From Rhodospirillales bacterium (lineage in GTDB: Bacteria > Pseudomonadota > Alphaproteobacteria > Micavibrionales > Micavibrionaceae): a DNA stretch of 64,000 nt. The translations under genes were made by a program, and so were the position numbers. The notes beneath the pieces were generated by a model, which was not told the DNA's origin, did no database searches, and saw nothing but the letters and a program-made list of their open reading frames with translations. This document shows, piece after piece, positions 31,317 through 40,035 of the stretch (its first letter is position 1; each line of letters opens with the position of its first letter). The stretch lies in the NCBI GenBank assembly GCA_023898765.1, contig CP060238.1, positions 428,094 through 492,093 of the forward strand, written 5' to 3'.

Positions 31317-31328
31317 GACGGCAGGTCT

Positions 31329-32642
31329 TTACGGCACGCAATCCATATAGAGGGCGTCATTCACCCCGAAGCCGTCTTTCCCGGGCGCACCGCTGAAAAT
31401 GCTGAGCCCGTCCGTGTCAACGCCCGTTCCAAAATTGGCATTTGCGGCCCCCACTATTATAGAATCTCTCGTCCATGTGGTGCCGGAGCGGGTAAAAATA
31501 TGGGTACGTCCGTTCTCACCGACACCAGATACGTAATATTTAGGCTCCCCAATAATCAAGAGATCGCCGGAAATACTGACATCATATCCGAAATTCGCGT
31601 TGGTGTACGGATCATCAGAAATCAGTTTGGCCTGCTGCGACCATGTGGTGCCGGAGCGGGTAAACACATAGACGCTGCCGGCGCCGCTCTTGCCACTAAT
31701 ATTATCGTTACTTGCCCCCACCACAACGGTATCGCCGGAAATCGCAAGCTCATTTCCAAAAACACCGGCGGGGGCGGGCGACGGGGTTAATGTGGCTTGC
31801 TCCGACCATGTGGCGCCTGCGCCGGTATAAACCCGGATGGTGTTGTTGTAGTTGGCGACGAAGGTATCCCCGTCGAGCGCAATTACTTTTCCTATGTAAT
31901 AGTTCCAGCTGGCGCCGGTCATGGTATATTGCAATGACCATACGCCTGCAGAACGGGTATAAACATAGATGCGCCCGAAATAAGACGGATCGCCGAAGCG
32001 GTTGTCTCCAGTTACGATTGTGTCGCCGTCAATTGCAACGTTCGTGCCTCCAAAAGAGTCAGGGATTCCAAGGAGCGCGGCGCCTTGCTGCGACCATGTG
32101 GTGCCGTTGTAATAATAGACGAATGTGCCGTCTCCTCTGCCGACGACGACTGTATCGCCGTCTATATCAACAGGTTTACGCCCTGATATTGCTGTCCCTA
32201 ACACCTGATTTTCGCTCCATACACCGCCGGTGCGCTTGAAAAAATGGAGAGGATAGCCGTTAGTCCAGTTTGTTGAACTAGACACGGCCCAGTTTCCGTC
32301 TACTGCAACAAAGGATCCAAGATAATTGTCATACGGGCTGCCAGTATACGCCAGATTTTGCTGCCCGCCTGTGCAGCAAGTCAGCGTTTCGATATTGAGG
32401 GGCGCGTTTTCGAGGAAGGAAGAGCCGCCGGTGCTCCATTCATTGGCGGTTTTGGTCGGCGCCATCAGGTCGTTGCCGCTGTTATTGGTAATTGCCGTGC
32501 AGACGCCGTGCTCGTTAATGGTGATGGTGCCCCCGTTGGGGATAACATATTCCTCGGCGGCCTGCGCGCCGCCCGGCAAAAGGGTCAGGGACGCCAGCGT
32601 GGCCAGGGTCAGAAACAAGGTTTTAAGATAGCGTTTATTCAT
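31329..32642 (-). CDS. secreted FG-GAP-like beta-propeller repeat protein
   Basis: Signal peptide ...LLPGGAQA. Six or more repeats of the form GDT[VI]VVG...G.VYVFTRSGTTWSQQAKL. Start overlaps the upstream gene by 8 nt. Confidence 0.7.
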   Translation of the reverse strand: MNKRYLKTLFLTLATLASLTLLPGGAQAAEEYVIPNGGTITINEHGVCTAITNNSGNDLMAPTKTANEWSTGGSSFLENAPLNIETLTCCTGGQQNLAYTGSPYDNYLGSFVAVDGNWAVSSSTNWTNGYPLHFFKRTGGVWSENQVLGTAISGRKPVDIDGDTVVVGRGDGTFVYYYNGTTWSQQGAALLGIPDSFGGTNVAIDGDTIVTGDNRFGDPSYFGRIYVYTRSAGVWSLQYTMTGASWNYYIGKVIALDGDTFVANYNNTIRVYTGAGATWSEQATLTPSPAPAGVFGNELAISGDTVVVGASNDNISGKSGAGSVYVFTRSGTTWSQQAKLISDDPYTNANFGYDVSISGDLLIIGEPKYYVSGVGENGRTHIFTRSGTTWTRDSIIVGAANANFGTGVDTDGLSIFSGAPGKDGFGVNDALYMDCVP

Positions 32643-33477
32643 GTTTCGGGCCTCCTTCTTTTAGGATGTCTATTTTATGGCGCAGGGCTTCAATCTGCGC
32701 CTGCTGCGCTTTAATCTGCACGTTCTGGGTTTTGACCGCCTCAATCAGCGGGGCGAGGAACTGGTCGTAATCCACGGCCTTCATGCCGGTGACCTCGTCC
32801 GTGTGGACAGCCTCGGGCATGACGGTTTCGACGTCCTGCGCGATCACGCCGTAAGCGGGGCTGCCGTCTTTTTTCCAGGTGTAATGTTTCCCGCTGATGG
32901 CTTCCAGCAGGTCGAACGGATTCGCAACCGTTTGAATGCTGTCTTTCAGCCGTGCATCGGAAGAGTGCAGGAACGTATCCGCCGTCACGGTGCCGGCATT
33001 GTTAATATCGTTTGTCGCCATATCAAGGTCTGTTGTGGCGGTATGGTTGCCCAGATTGTCCCCGGCCGGTATGTCGCTTGTGCAGTCGATGAACGTGCCG
33101 CCGGCATTGGCGGTGCACCATTTGGTGGCGGTCAGGGTGCCGACCTGCGGGTCGGTTTCCGAGGGCACGACGGCCTGCGCGATCCAGTCGGTGCCGTCCC
33201 ATGTCAGGACGTCGTTCACCACCTTGCCGCCGGTGCTGACATCCGAGAGATCGTCAAGAACGGATGGGGCGACGGCGCCGCTCATGCCAATCCAGTCCGT
33301 ATCGTCGCAATATTGCAAAACAGAGCTGTCGACATTATAGAGCATGTCCCCGGCCGCTCCGACGGGGTTTGCACAGGCGGCTTGCGCCGGCGTTGCGGAC
33401 AACATCGAGAAGGAAGAGATCGCGACGATCAAAGTAGCCGAAGCGGTCAGGAGCGTTTTAAACATATTGGTTCTCAT
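32635..33477 (-). CDS. secreted tail-fibre-like protein with C-terminal S74 intramolecular chaperone auto-processing domain
   Basis: Signal peptide ...SATPAQA. SSDARLKDSI (Ser and Lys+5) followed by ...GKHYTWKKDG..YGVIAQDVE.VMPEAV... and a C-terminal coiled coil. Confidence 0.8.
   Translation of the reverse strand: MRTNMFKTLLTASATLIVAISSFSMLSATPAQAACANPVGAAGDMLYNVDSSVLQYCDDTDWIGMSGAVAPSVLDDLSDVSTGGKVVNDVLTWDGTDWIAQAVVPSETDPQVGTLTATKWCTANAGGTFIDCTSDIPAGDNLGNHTATTDLDMATNDINNAGTVTADTFLHSSDARLKDSIQTVANPFDLLEAISGKHYTWKKDGSPAYGVIAQDVETVMPEAVHTDEVTGMKAVDYDQFLAPLIEAVKTQNVQIKAQQAQIEALRHKIDILKEGGPKHE
32682..33265. repeat. copy 1 of a ~580-bp direct repeat (3' halves of the two fibre genes)
   Basis: Collinear with 33509-34092 at a constant offset of 827 bp. 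Roughly 85-90 percent identity by eye, and near-identical over the first ~340 bp. Confidence 0.85.
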
Positions 33478-35012
33478 TCTTCTGCCTCCAGCGCGTCGAT
33501 GTCGCGCAGCAGGGCTTCAATCTGCGCCTGCTGCGCTTTGATCTGCCTGTTTTGGGTTTTGACCGCCTCGATCAGCGGGGAGAGAAGCTGGTCGTAATCC
33601 ACGGCCTTCATGCCGGTGGCCTCGTCCGTATGGACGGCCTCGGGCATGACGGTTTCCACGTCCTGCGCGATCACGCCGTAAGCAGGACTGCCGTCCTTTT
33701 TCCAGGTGTAATGTTTTCCGCTGATGGCTTCCAGCAGGTCGAACGGATTCGCAACCGTCTCGATATTGTCTTTCAGCCGCCGGTCGGACGTATGGACGTA
33801 AGACGTCGCGGTAATGGTGCCGGCATTGTCAATGTCGTTTGTCGCCATATCGAGGGCCATTGTCGCGGTGTGGTTGCCCAGATTGTCCATGGCGGGGCCA
33901 TCGTCTGTGCAGTCGATGAACGCGCCGCCGACCTCCGCCGTGCACCATTTGTTGGCGGTCAGGGTGCCGACCTGCGGATCAGTTTCCGTGAAGGGGTTCG
34001 CCAGAGCGATCCAGTTGGTGCCGTCCCATGTCAGAAGGTCGTTGAGGGCCTTGCCCGTCGTATCGACGTCACCCAGATCGTCAATGACGGCGCCGGAGGC
34101 CCCGCCTGTCGGCGCGGCAATGCCGGAGCGGTTTTCGGCGCGGAAGATATCTTCCATGTACAAAGTAGACTTCACATGCAGCGGGGACTGCATCTGGACG
34201 AAGGCCGCCGCGTTGGAATAAATATCGTCCGTTTTTATGGCCATGAACTGCCCGACGCCCGCAATGCCGAGGCCGGCGTCATAACCGATGGAGGCCGTGC
34301 CGGCCCCCTGGCTGCCCACGACTTCAATGTCCTTACCGCCGATTTCGGCGATTTCCGGCGATCCGCTCTTGAGATTCCACAGGCCCCCGGAGCCGGAAGC
34401 CGCCTCGGCATAGGTGTAGCTTAAAATCAGGTCGTCCGACCCGTTTTTGTTCACAGGGGTGGCTGTCGGATAGGCGTTACATACGGTCTGGAAAATCCGG
34501 TCCGGCCCTGCCGAAACAATGGCAAGTGCTATGCCCGTCTGGGTGTTTTCCCCGGCAAGACGGTTGTTGGCCGCAACCGGGTCAATACAGTCCGCGCCCG
34601 TATCGCCGATCGTGGTTCCGTGGTCCCAGACACAGTAGCCGTAATTGGTTTGCCACGGGTCCTGAAGCGCCGCGCCGATACTGGGGGGCAGCTGTCCGCC
34701 GCCGGTCGGGTTGGGGGTGGCAACGACAAACTGGATGGGCTCCACATGGCCGTCACTGTCGCAGTCCCCGCCGTTTGCCGCATTAGCCGAGGCCGTGAGT
34801 GAAAGTTTTCCAGAGGCAATCATGTTGTTTTCGGCAATCGTCCGTTTGGTAATTTCGGACATCGCGCGCACGGGGCCTTTCATCACCGTCATGGAAGCGG
34901 CCCCTACCGCGCCGACAAGAGCTACGGCGCCAAACATGGTGAAGAAAATGTTCCCGGATTCCCCCCATCTTGATCTTGCGCCGTTTTGTTTGTTGAAAAA
35001 CCGCTTTACCAT
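33474..35012 (-). CDS. membrane-anchored or secreted tail-fibre-like protein with C-terminal S74 intramolecular chaperone domain
   Basis: Start at ATG 35012 (MVKRFF...). N-terminal hydrophobic segment GNIFFTMFGAVALVGAVGAASM. TSDRRLKDNI plus a chaperone domain nearly identical to the downstream gene. ATGA overlap with it. Confidence 0.8.
   Translation of the reverse strand: MVKRFFNKQNGARSRWGESGNIFFTMFGAVALVGAVGAASMTVMKGPVRAMSEITKRTIAENNMIASGKLSLTASANAANGGDCDSDGHVEPIQFVVATPNPTGGGQLPPSIGAALQDPWQTNYGYCVWDHGTTIGDTGADCIDPVAANNRLAGENTQTGIALAIVSAGPDRIFQTVCNAYPTATPVNKNGSDDLILSYTYAEAASGSGGLWNLKSGSPEIAEIGGKDIEVVGSQGAGTASIGYDAGLGIAGVGQFMAIKTDDIYSNAAAFVQMQSPLHVKSTLYMEDIFRAENRSGIAAPTGGASGAVIDDLGDVDTTGKALNDLLTWDGTNWIALANPFTETDPQVGTLTANKWCTAEVGGAFIDCTDDGPAMDNLGNHTATMALDMATNDIDNAGTITATSYVHTSDRRLKDNIETVANPFDLLEAISGKHYTWKKDGSPAYGVIAQDVETVMPEAVHTDEATGMKAVDYDQLLSPLIEAVKTQNRQIKAQQAQIEALLRDIDALEAEE
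33509..34092. repeat. copy 2 of a ~580-bp direct repeat
   Basis: See copy 1. Confidence 0.85.
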
Positions 35013-35253
35013 GATTTTCTTCCCCAATGTCCCCTGATTGCTTTTGTCCCGTATACAAAGCACCATTTCATATGTTTACATAAAATTATTTAAATAAAAT
35101 TAACAAAGAATTTTATGTTTTAAGCGCAGAAAAATATTAAGCGCTTGATATAAAAAGAAAAACATAGAAAAAACGAGAAAAAAGGCGATATTTTGCCTGA
35201 TTACCCGTTGAGATTAACGGAAAAAATGGATTTTGGAAAGGATACAGGCAATC

Positions 35254-35790
35254 TTATGCCTGCGCTGTTTTTTCCGGGTCTTCTTCGTCCACATGTCTTG
35301 CATATTGAGCCAGATACATACCCCTGAAATCCACAGGAGAAAGCATTAAAGGTGGATAACCGCCCTGTTGCGTCACGTTTGCGATAGCCTGACGCGCAAA
35401 GGGAAAAATAATTTGCGGAATCTCGATAAAAAGCATGGGGTGGATTTTTTCCGGCGGTACGTCATTTTGTATCGACACCACGCAGCCGTAAATCGCTTCG
35501 ACAATGAAAACGGTTTTATCCTGACGGCGGGCTTCAGCTTTTAAGGTAATAACAACCTCGTGCGGGTTTTCAAGGCCTTCTTCCTCAATTTTATGGGCTT
35601 CCAGACCGATATCCAGTTCCATCAGCGGTTTTTCCTGTCCGGGTTTTAGCGTTGCCGGCGCGTGCGGATTTTCAAAGGAGATATCTTTTAAGTATTGCGC
35701 ATGGAGAATAACGGGCAAGGACGGGGCATGGGCGCTTCCGTTTTGTTTATTTGCCTTATTTTCCCCGGCGGGCTGGTCTGGGTTACTCAT
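35254..35790 (-). CDS. secB: protein-export chaperone SecB
   Basis: 178 aa. ...LHAQYLKDISFENP... and FPFARQAIANVTQQGGYPPLML typical of SecB. Confidence 0.93.
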   Translation of the reverse strand: MSNPDQPAGENKANKQNGSAHAPSLPVILHAQYLKDISFENPHAPATLKPGQEKPLMELDIGLEAHKIEEEGLENPHEVVITLKAEARRQDKTVFIVEAIYGCVVSIQNDVPPEKIHPMLFIEIPQIIFPFARQAIANVTQQGGYPPLMLSPVDFRGMYLAQYARHVDEEDPEKTAQA

Positions 35791-36250
35791 TTTTTAACTT
35801 GTCCTCATCTTTATCAAGCCGTTCATATTCACCTTCCAGAACATCTGTATCACGGGATTGCGGGCGGTGAAAGTCCTCGTTTACCGTGTTTGTTGCGGTA
35901 TAAACCTTCAGGTAGCGCGTCAGATAAATCCGCAAAATTTTGCGCACCGACGGGACAAGAAGCAAAAAACCAAGCGTATCCGTTACAAAACCGGGCGTGA
36001 TAAGCATCGCGCCGGCCGCGACAACACAAAAGCCTTCGTAAAGGGCGTCGACAGGCATCCGGCCTTCCAGCAGGCTTCGCCGGCCACGCATTAAAATTCC
36101 CAATCCCTGCTGGCGCACAAGAAAACCCCCTATGCAGGCGGTGAGGACACAAAGAAGAAGCGTGCGCAGAACGCCGATCTCTTCGCCCACTTGAATGAAG
36201 GCAAAAACCTCCATCAGGGGAATGATAAAAAACATAAGAAAAAATGGCAT
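35783..36250 (-). CDS. fxsA: FxsA family membrane protein
   Basis: MPFFLMFFIIPLMEVFAFIQVGEEIG... signature. 8-nt overlap with secB. Confidence 0.85.
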   Translation of the reverse strand: MPFFLMFFIIPLMEVFAFIQVGEEIGVLRTLLLCVLTACIGGFLVRQQGLGILMRGRRSLLEGRMPVDALYEGFCVVAAGAMLITPGFVTDTLGFLLLVPSVRKILRIYLTRYLKVYTATNTVNEDFHRPQSRDTDVLEGEYERLDKDEDKLKNE

Positions 36251-36323
36251 TGGATTCTAATCCTAAAATTGCGCTATGCTGGCCGTCGGTCTTAGATTTA
36301 AGCTATTTAAAGGATAAAAAGCA

Positions 36324-37070
36324 ATGACGGGGATTCCTGCAGACATTCTTCTTTACGCGCTTATTGCGGCAGGCCTTGTATTCTGGCTGCGTAATATTTT
36401 GGGAACACGTCATGGCGATGAGCGCCAGCGGCCCAATCCGTTTACATCGGTTCCTTCCGACGAGAAAATGAAAAAGACGGCTCTGAAGGATAAAAAAGAA
36501 GGAAAGCCCCCGATGCTTTCTGTTGTAACGGAAGAAGACGGCCCTTCACTCCCGCGCGGCGTTCGTTTTGCAGACGCGGATGTTGAAGAAGCGCTGGATA
36601 ATATTGCCCGTATGGATAAGGGCTTTGACCTGGTCCGTTTTTCTTCTGCGGCGAAAGAGGCTTTTGTCATTATCGTCGAGGCTTTTGCGCAAGGGGACCG
36701 TGAAACGCTCAAAAATCTTTTAACCGAACAGGTTTATGCCGCTTTTGACGGGGCGTTGAAAATTCGTGAGGAAAAAGGCGAAAGCGTTTTAACGGAGATT
36801 CACGCCGTTCGGGAGGTTGAGTTCAGGTCCGCCGTTTTGGAAAAAACAGTGGCAACGGTTACGGTTGCTTTTACAGCGGATGAAACCTGTGTTATTCGGG
36901 GCAGGGATGGAGAAATTCTTTCCGGCGACCCTGACCGCATTACACAAATGATAGATGTGTGGCGTTTTACACGGGATTTGAAATCAAAGGATCCGCGCTG
37001 GCTGGTATCTGAAACAAACGACGGGGAGATCGAAGAAGAGCATAAGACGCCCCTTCCCGAAAGTTCCTGA
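36324..37070 (+). CDS. Tim44-like domain protein
   Basis: N-terminal TM segment, charged linker, and a C-terminal Tim44-like domain (...FVIIVEAFAQGDRETLKNLL...DVWRFTRDL). Conserved secB-tim44-mltA neighbourhood. Confidence 0.85.
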   Translation: MTGIPADILLYALIAAGLVFWLRNILGTRHGDERQRPNPFTSVPSDEKMKKTALKDKKEGKPPMLSVVTEEDGPSLPRGVRFADADVEEALDNIARMDKGFDLVRFSSAAKEAFVIIVEAFAQGDRETLKNLLTEQVYAAFDGALKIREEKGESVLTEIHAVREVEFRSAVLEKTVATVTVAFTADETCVIRGRDGEILSGDPDRITQMIDVWRFTRDLKSKDPRWLVSETNDGEIEEEHKTPLPESS

Positions 37071-37079
37071 TATTTAAAT

Positions 37080-38243
37080 ATGAAATTTTTGCCTCTTCTT
37101 CTTGCGTTGTTTTTATCTGCCTGTGCATCTGTGCCGGCGGATAAAAAGCAACCGTTGGATTTAAAACCCTCTTCCTTTGAAACGCTTCAGGGTTGGGCCG
37201 AAGAGGATTTTAAAGGGCTGGCGGAAGCCTATGGGAAGAGCTGCGCGCGCATTCTGAAAAAAGACGCCCGCGCCTCCTTTGGCCCCGATCAACGCTTCGG
37301 GCTTTATCAGGACTGGCAGCCTGCCTGCCGTGTTTTCCTTGCTATGAATGACGTGTCTGCCGCCGATTTAAAGGATTTCTTTGAAACATATTTTCAACCT
37401 TATCACGTCCTGGCCGGAAAGGATCCGGAAGGGCTTTTTACCGGATATTATGAAGCGTCTTTAAAGGGGGCACCGGAGAAAGGCGGCAAATACCAATATC
37501 CCCTTCGCGCACGGCCGGAAGATCTGGTTATGGTCGACCTCGGTTTGTTTCGGGAAGAGCTTAAGGGGCAGCGCATTGCAGGCCGCGTTGTTGAGGGTAA
37601 TTTAAAACCCTATGAAAGCCACGCGGAGATTGTGGCTGGAAAACTGCCTGCTGCGCAGGATAAAAAACTGGTCTGGGTCGACAGTCCCGTGGATGCCTTT
37701 TTTGTCCAGATTCAGGGCTCCGGCGTGGTTGTGTTCGAAGACGGTTCCAGAATGCGAATCGGTTATGCCGGACAGAACGGACATCCTTATTATGCGATCG
37801 GGCGGGAGCTTGTGAAGCGCGGCGCGCTGGAGAAGGAAAATGTTTCCATGCAATCTATTCGGGACTGGCTGGAAAGCCATCCTTCACAGGCAGGCGAGAT
37901 CATGACGACAAACGCATCTTACGTTTTTTTCCGGGAACTGCCGGACGATAAAGGGAGCGACGGCCCGCAGGGCGGCGAAGGCGTAACGTTAACGGGTGGC
38001 CGGTCGCTGGCTGTTGACCATTCTCTCATTCCCTATGGGGTACCGGTTTGGCTGGATGCGGGGGAAGAAGAAAAAATCCGGCGTCTGATGGTCGCGCAGG
38101 ACACGGGCGGGGCCATTCGGGGGCCGGTACGCGGAGATGTTTTCTGGGGGTACGGCGCAGACGCGGAAAGACTGGCCGGAAATATGAAAGCAAAGGGACA
38201 ATACTGGTTCCTGTTGCCGCGTAAAGTTAAAATTATGCCATAA
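37080..38243 (+). CDS. mltA: murein transglycosylase A
   Basis: Lipobox LFLSAC. MltA-specific and 3D-domain regions (...GYAGQNGHPYYAIGRELV..., VAQDTGGAIRG). Confidence 0.9.
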   Translation: MKFLPLLLALFLSACASVPADKKQPLDLKPSSFETLQGWAEEDFKGLAEAYGKSCARILKKDARASFGPDQRFGLYQDWQPACRVFLAMNDVSAADLKDFFETYFQPYHVLAGKDPEGLFTGYYEASLKGAPEKGGKYQYPLRARPEDLVMVDLGLFREELKGQRIAGRVVEGNLKPYESHAEIVAGKLPAAQDKKLVWVDSPVDAFFVQIQGSGVVVFEDGSRMRIGYAGQNGHPYYAIGRELVKRGALEKENVSMQSIRDWLESHPSQAGEIMTTNASYVFFRELPDDKGSDGPQGGEGVTLTGGRSLAVDHSLIPYGVPVWLDAGEEEKIRRLMVAQDTGGAIRGPVRGDVFWGYGADAERLAGNMKAKGQYWFLLPRKVKIMP

Positions 38244-38284
38244 AAAAGAAGACCCCCGTCTTCATTCTAAAAACAGGGGTCTTC
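38242..38284 (-). terminator. rho-independent terminator for minus-strand transcription
   Basis: Minus strand reads GAAGAC-GGGG-GTCTTC followed by TTTTTT. An alternative 9-bp stem is GAAGACCCC/GGGGTCTTC. Confidence 0.6.
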
Positions 38285-38410
38285 CGATGTCGCCTTGAAG
38301 GGAGGGGTGCTTAAGCTCCCTAACGTGAGGCCGAAACCTCTCGAACCCAAAAGCCCAAGCACATCTCTTCATCATTTGGTAGTGAAACCTTCTTAGCAAG
38401 GCGACCTTGT
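38285..38410 (-). ncRNA. candidate structured RNA (3'UTR element or sRNA), family unknown
   Basis: ~120-nt region closed by GTCGCCTTG/CAAGGCGAC, with internal GGGAG/CTCCC and GAGG/CCTC hairpins. No ORF. Lies immediately upstream of the minus-strand terminator. Confidence 0.3.
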
Positions 38411-38426
38411 AAATGCAAGACTTATG

Positions 38427-39653
38427 TCATTCGAAGGTGTATTTTTTTCCCGCCATCGTGGTCAGGGCAATGAGAATAAAAAACAGCCCCAACTGCCAGC
38501 CCTGCCATAGCCCGTATCCTGTCATCGCCGCGCACAGGGAAGCCATAAAAATTCCCAGATAAAGCGGGCGCGTTTTTTCCGGGGCGCGCCAGCATTGTCT
38601 TAGAATATAAAGGAGGAGCAGATTGCCCAGAACAATTCCGACCAGGCCGAATTCCACCCAGATCTGGAGCGCTGCATTATGCGGATGCAGGATATGATTG
38701 CTTTGAATGTAAGGCATCGGCGTTTCGGATTTCAGGTTGCGCAAGGCTTCGACCCCGCGCCCATAAACAGGGCTTTTGAGCGCTTCTGTTGCGGCGAAGT
38801 CCCAGACCTCCAGCCGGTGCGGCACGCTGGCTTTTAAAAACAGAGCTCCGCTCGCACCCGTATATTGCTGGCTGGAAAGGGCTTTTAAAGAGGCTTTGGC
38901 AATCCATGGCGCGGACAGGGACAGGCACACAAGCAATGCGGCCAGCGCAATCCAGACTTTTTTTCTCCGGACTGGAAAACCCAGAAAAAAGACAAGACCG
39001 ACAAGGAAGGAAAGCTGGGCCGTCTGGCTGGACGTCAGGAAAAGGGGAACGAGAAGAGATAGTGTTATGAAGGCAACAGCAAATCTTCTTTTCATTTTTT
39101 CTTTCAGACTTTGGGTTACGGCGAAAAGAACGGGCAGGTAAAAAAGAGACAGGCAAACGACAGAGCGGTTGAGCTTGTTTTCCAGTATCAGATTTTCATC
39201 AGGCGAAATCAAAAGCCGGTAAAGCCTGAAATCCCAGCAATATTCAAGCGCGATAGTAAAACCTGCGGCTATGTAGAGTCCCGCCAGAAGCAGGATAAAG
39301 TTTTTGGGGACATCGCCCGGTTTAAGGGTGCGGGCGGCGGCAATAAACCATAGCCCCGGCAGAACGAGGAAGGCTGTTTTTCCGGTGCGCTCCAGCGCAA
39401 AAGAAAAATCGGGGGCCCAGAACGCGCTTAATCCCGACAGTGCGGCCACTCCCGCCATTAAAAAGAGTTCCTCCGGGCGCGGCTTTAAAAGTTGTCTGTT
39501 TTGAAGCCAAAACCCGCCCGTAAAAACAAGAGCCAGAAGGGAAGGTGTAAATCCGGCAGTGCGCGGGGCAACCAGGCAAAGAAAAACGACCAGTATCAGG
39601 CCGCATAAAAAAACAAAAGGAAAGGAAAACGGGCGTTCCGGATAAAAATTCAT
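38427..39653 (-). CDS. O-antigen ligase (Wzy_C/RfaL-like) family membrane protein
   Basis: 408 aa with about 10-12 hydrophobic helices and one larger loop (...HPHNAALQIWVEFG...). This is a family-level call only. Confidence 0.55.
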   Translation of the reverse strand: MNFYPERPFSFPFVFLCGLILVVFLCLVAPRTAGFTPSLLALVFTGGFWLQNRQLLKPRPEELFLMAGVAALSGLSAFWAPDFSFALERTGKTAFLVLPGLWFIAAARTLKPGDVPKNFILLLAGLYIAAGFTIALEYCWDFRLYRLLISPDENLILENKLNRSVVCLSLFYLPVLFAVTQSLKEKMKRRFAVAFITLSLLVPLFLTSSQTAQLSFLVGLVFFLGFPVRRKKVWIALAALLVCLSLSAPWIAKASLKALSSQQYTGASGALFLKASVPHRLEVWDFAATEALKSPVYGRGVEALRNLKSETPMPYIQSNHILHPHNAALQIWVEFGLVGIVLGNLLLLYILRQCWRAPEKTRPLYLGIFMASLCAAMTGYGLWQGWQLGLFFILIALTTMAGKKYTFE

Positions 39654-39711
39654 ACGCCATTCGACCTTGGGCCGATCGAAGATTCAAGAAAAAAATAAAA
39701 CCTTTTTATAT

Positions 39712-40023
39712 TTAAAAGGCGTTTTCAGGGGATCGGGCCGGTTCTGCGGGTCCTTCGAGCGCCGTTGGTGCGGTATTGCGGAACCCGCCTGTCAGGTCTT
39801 CCCTGTCTTCCATGGCGCCTTCGATCCCGCCTGCAGCTGCTTCAATATTGTTAAGATCGGCCGCAGTATCCACGGCAACCTGTTCTTTTGAAGACAAAGG
39901 CGGCGTTGCTTCGGCCATCACGGCGTCGCGCTGGGAAGAAATGCCGTTGTAGATTTTCATGGCCGGAAGAACCGTCAGGGAAAGTCCTACAAGGACCATG
40001 CATAAAAAGATAAAGCGTACCAT
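39712..40023 (-). CDS. small exported hypothetical protein, 103 aa
   Basis: Signal or anchor sequence MVRFIFLCMVLVGLSLTVLPA. GGGAGA SD that overlaps the stop codon of the upstream entericidin-like gene. Confidence 0.45.
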   Translation of the reverse strand: MVRFIFLCMVLVGLSLTVLPAMKIYNGISSQRDAVMAEATPPLSSKEQVAVDTAADLNNIEAAAGGIEGAMEDREDLTGGFRNTAPTALEGPAEPARSPENAF

Positions 40024-40035
40024 TGTAAATTCTCC

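Noticed and set aside
38340-38365. tRNA-like T-loop (GGGTTCGAGAGG on the minus strand).
   Set aside because: The flanking bases cannot form the 5-bp T-stem, and no acceptor or anticodon arms can be drawn. I found no tRNA anywhere in the window.
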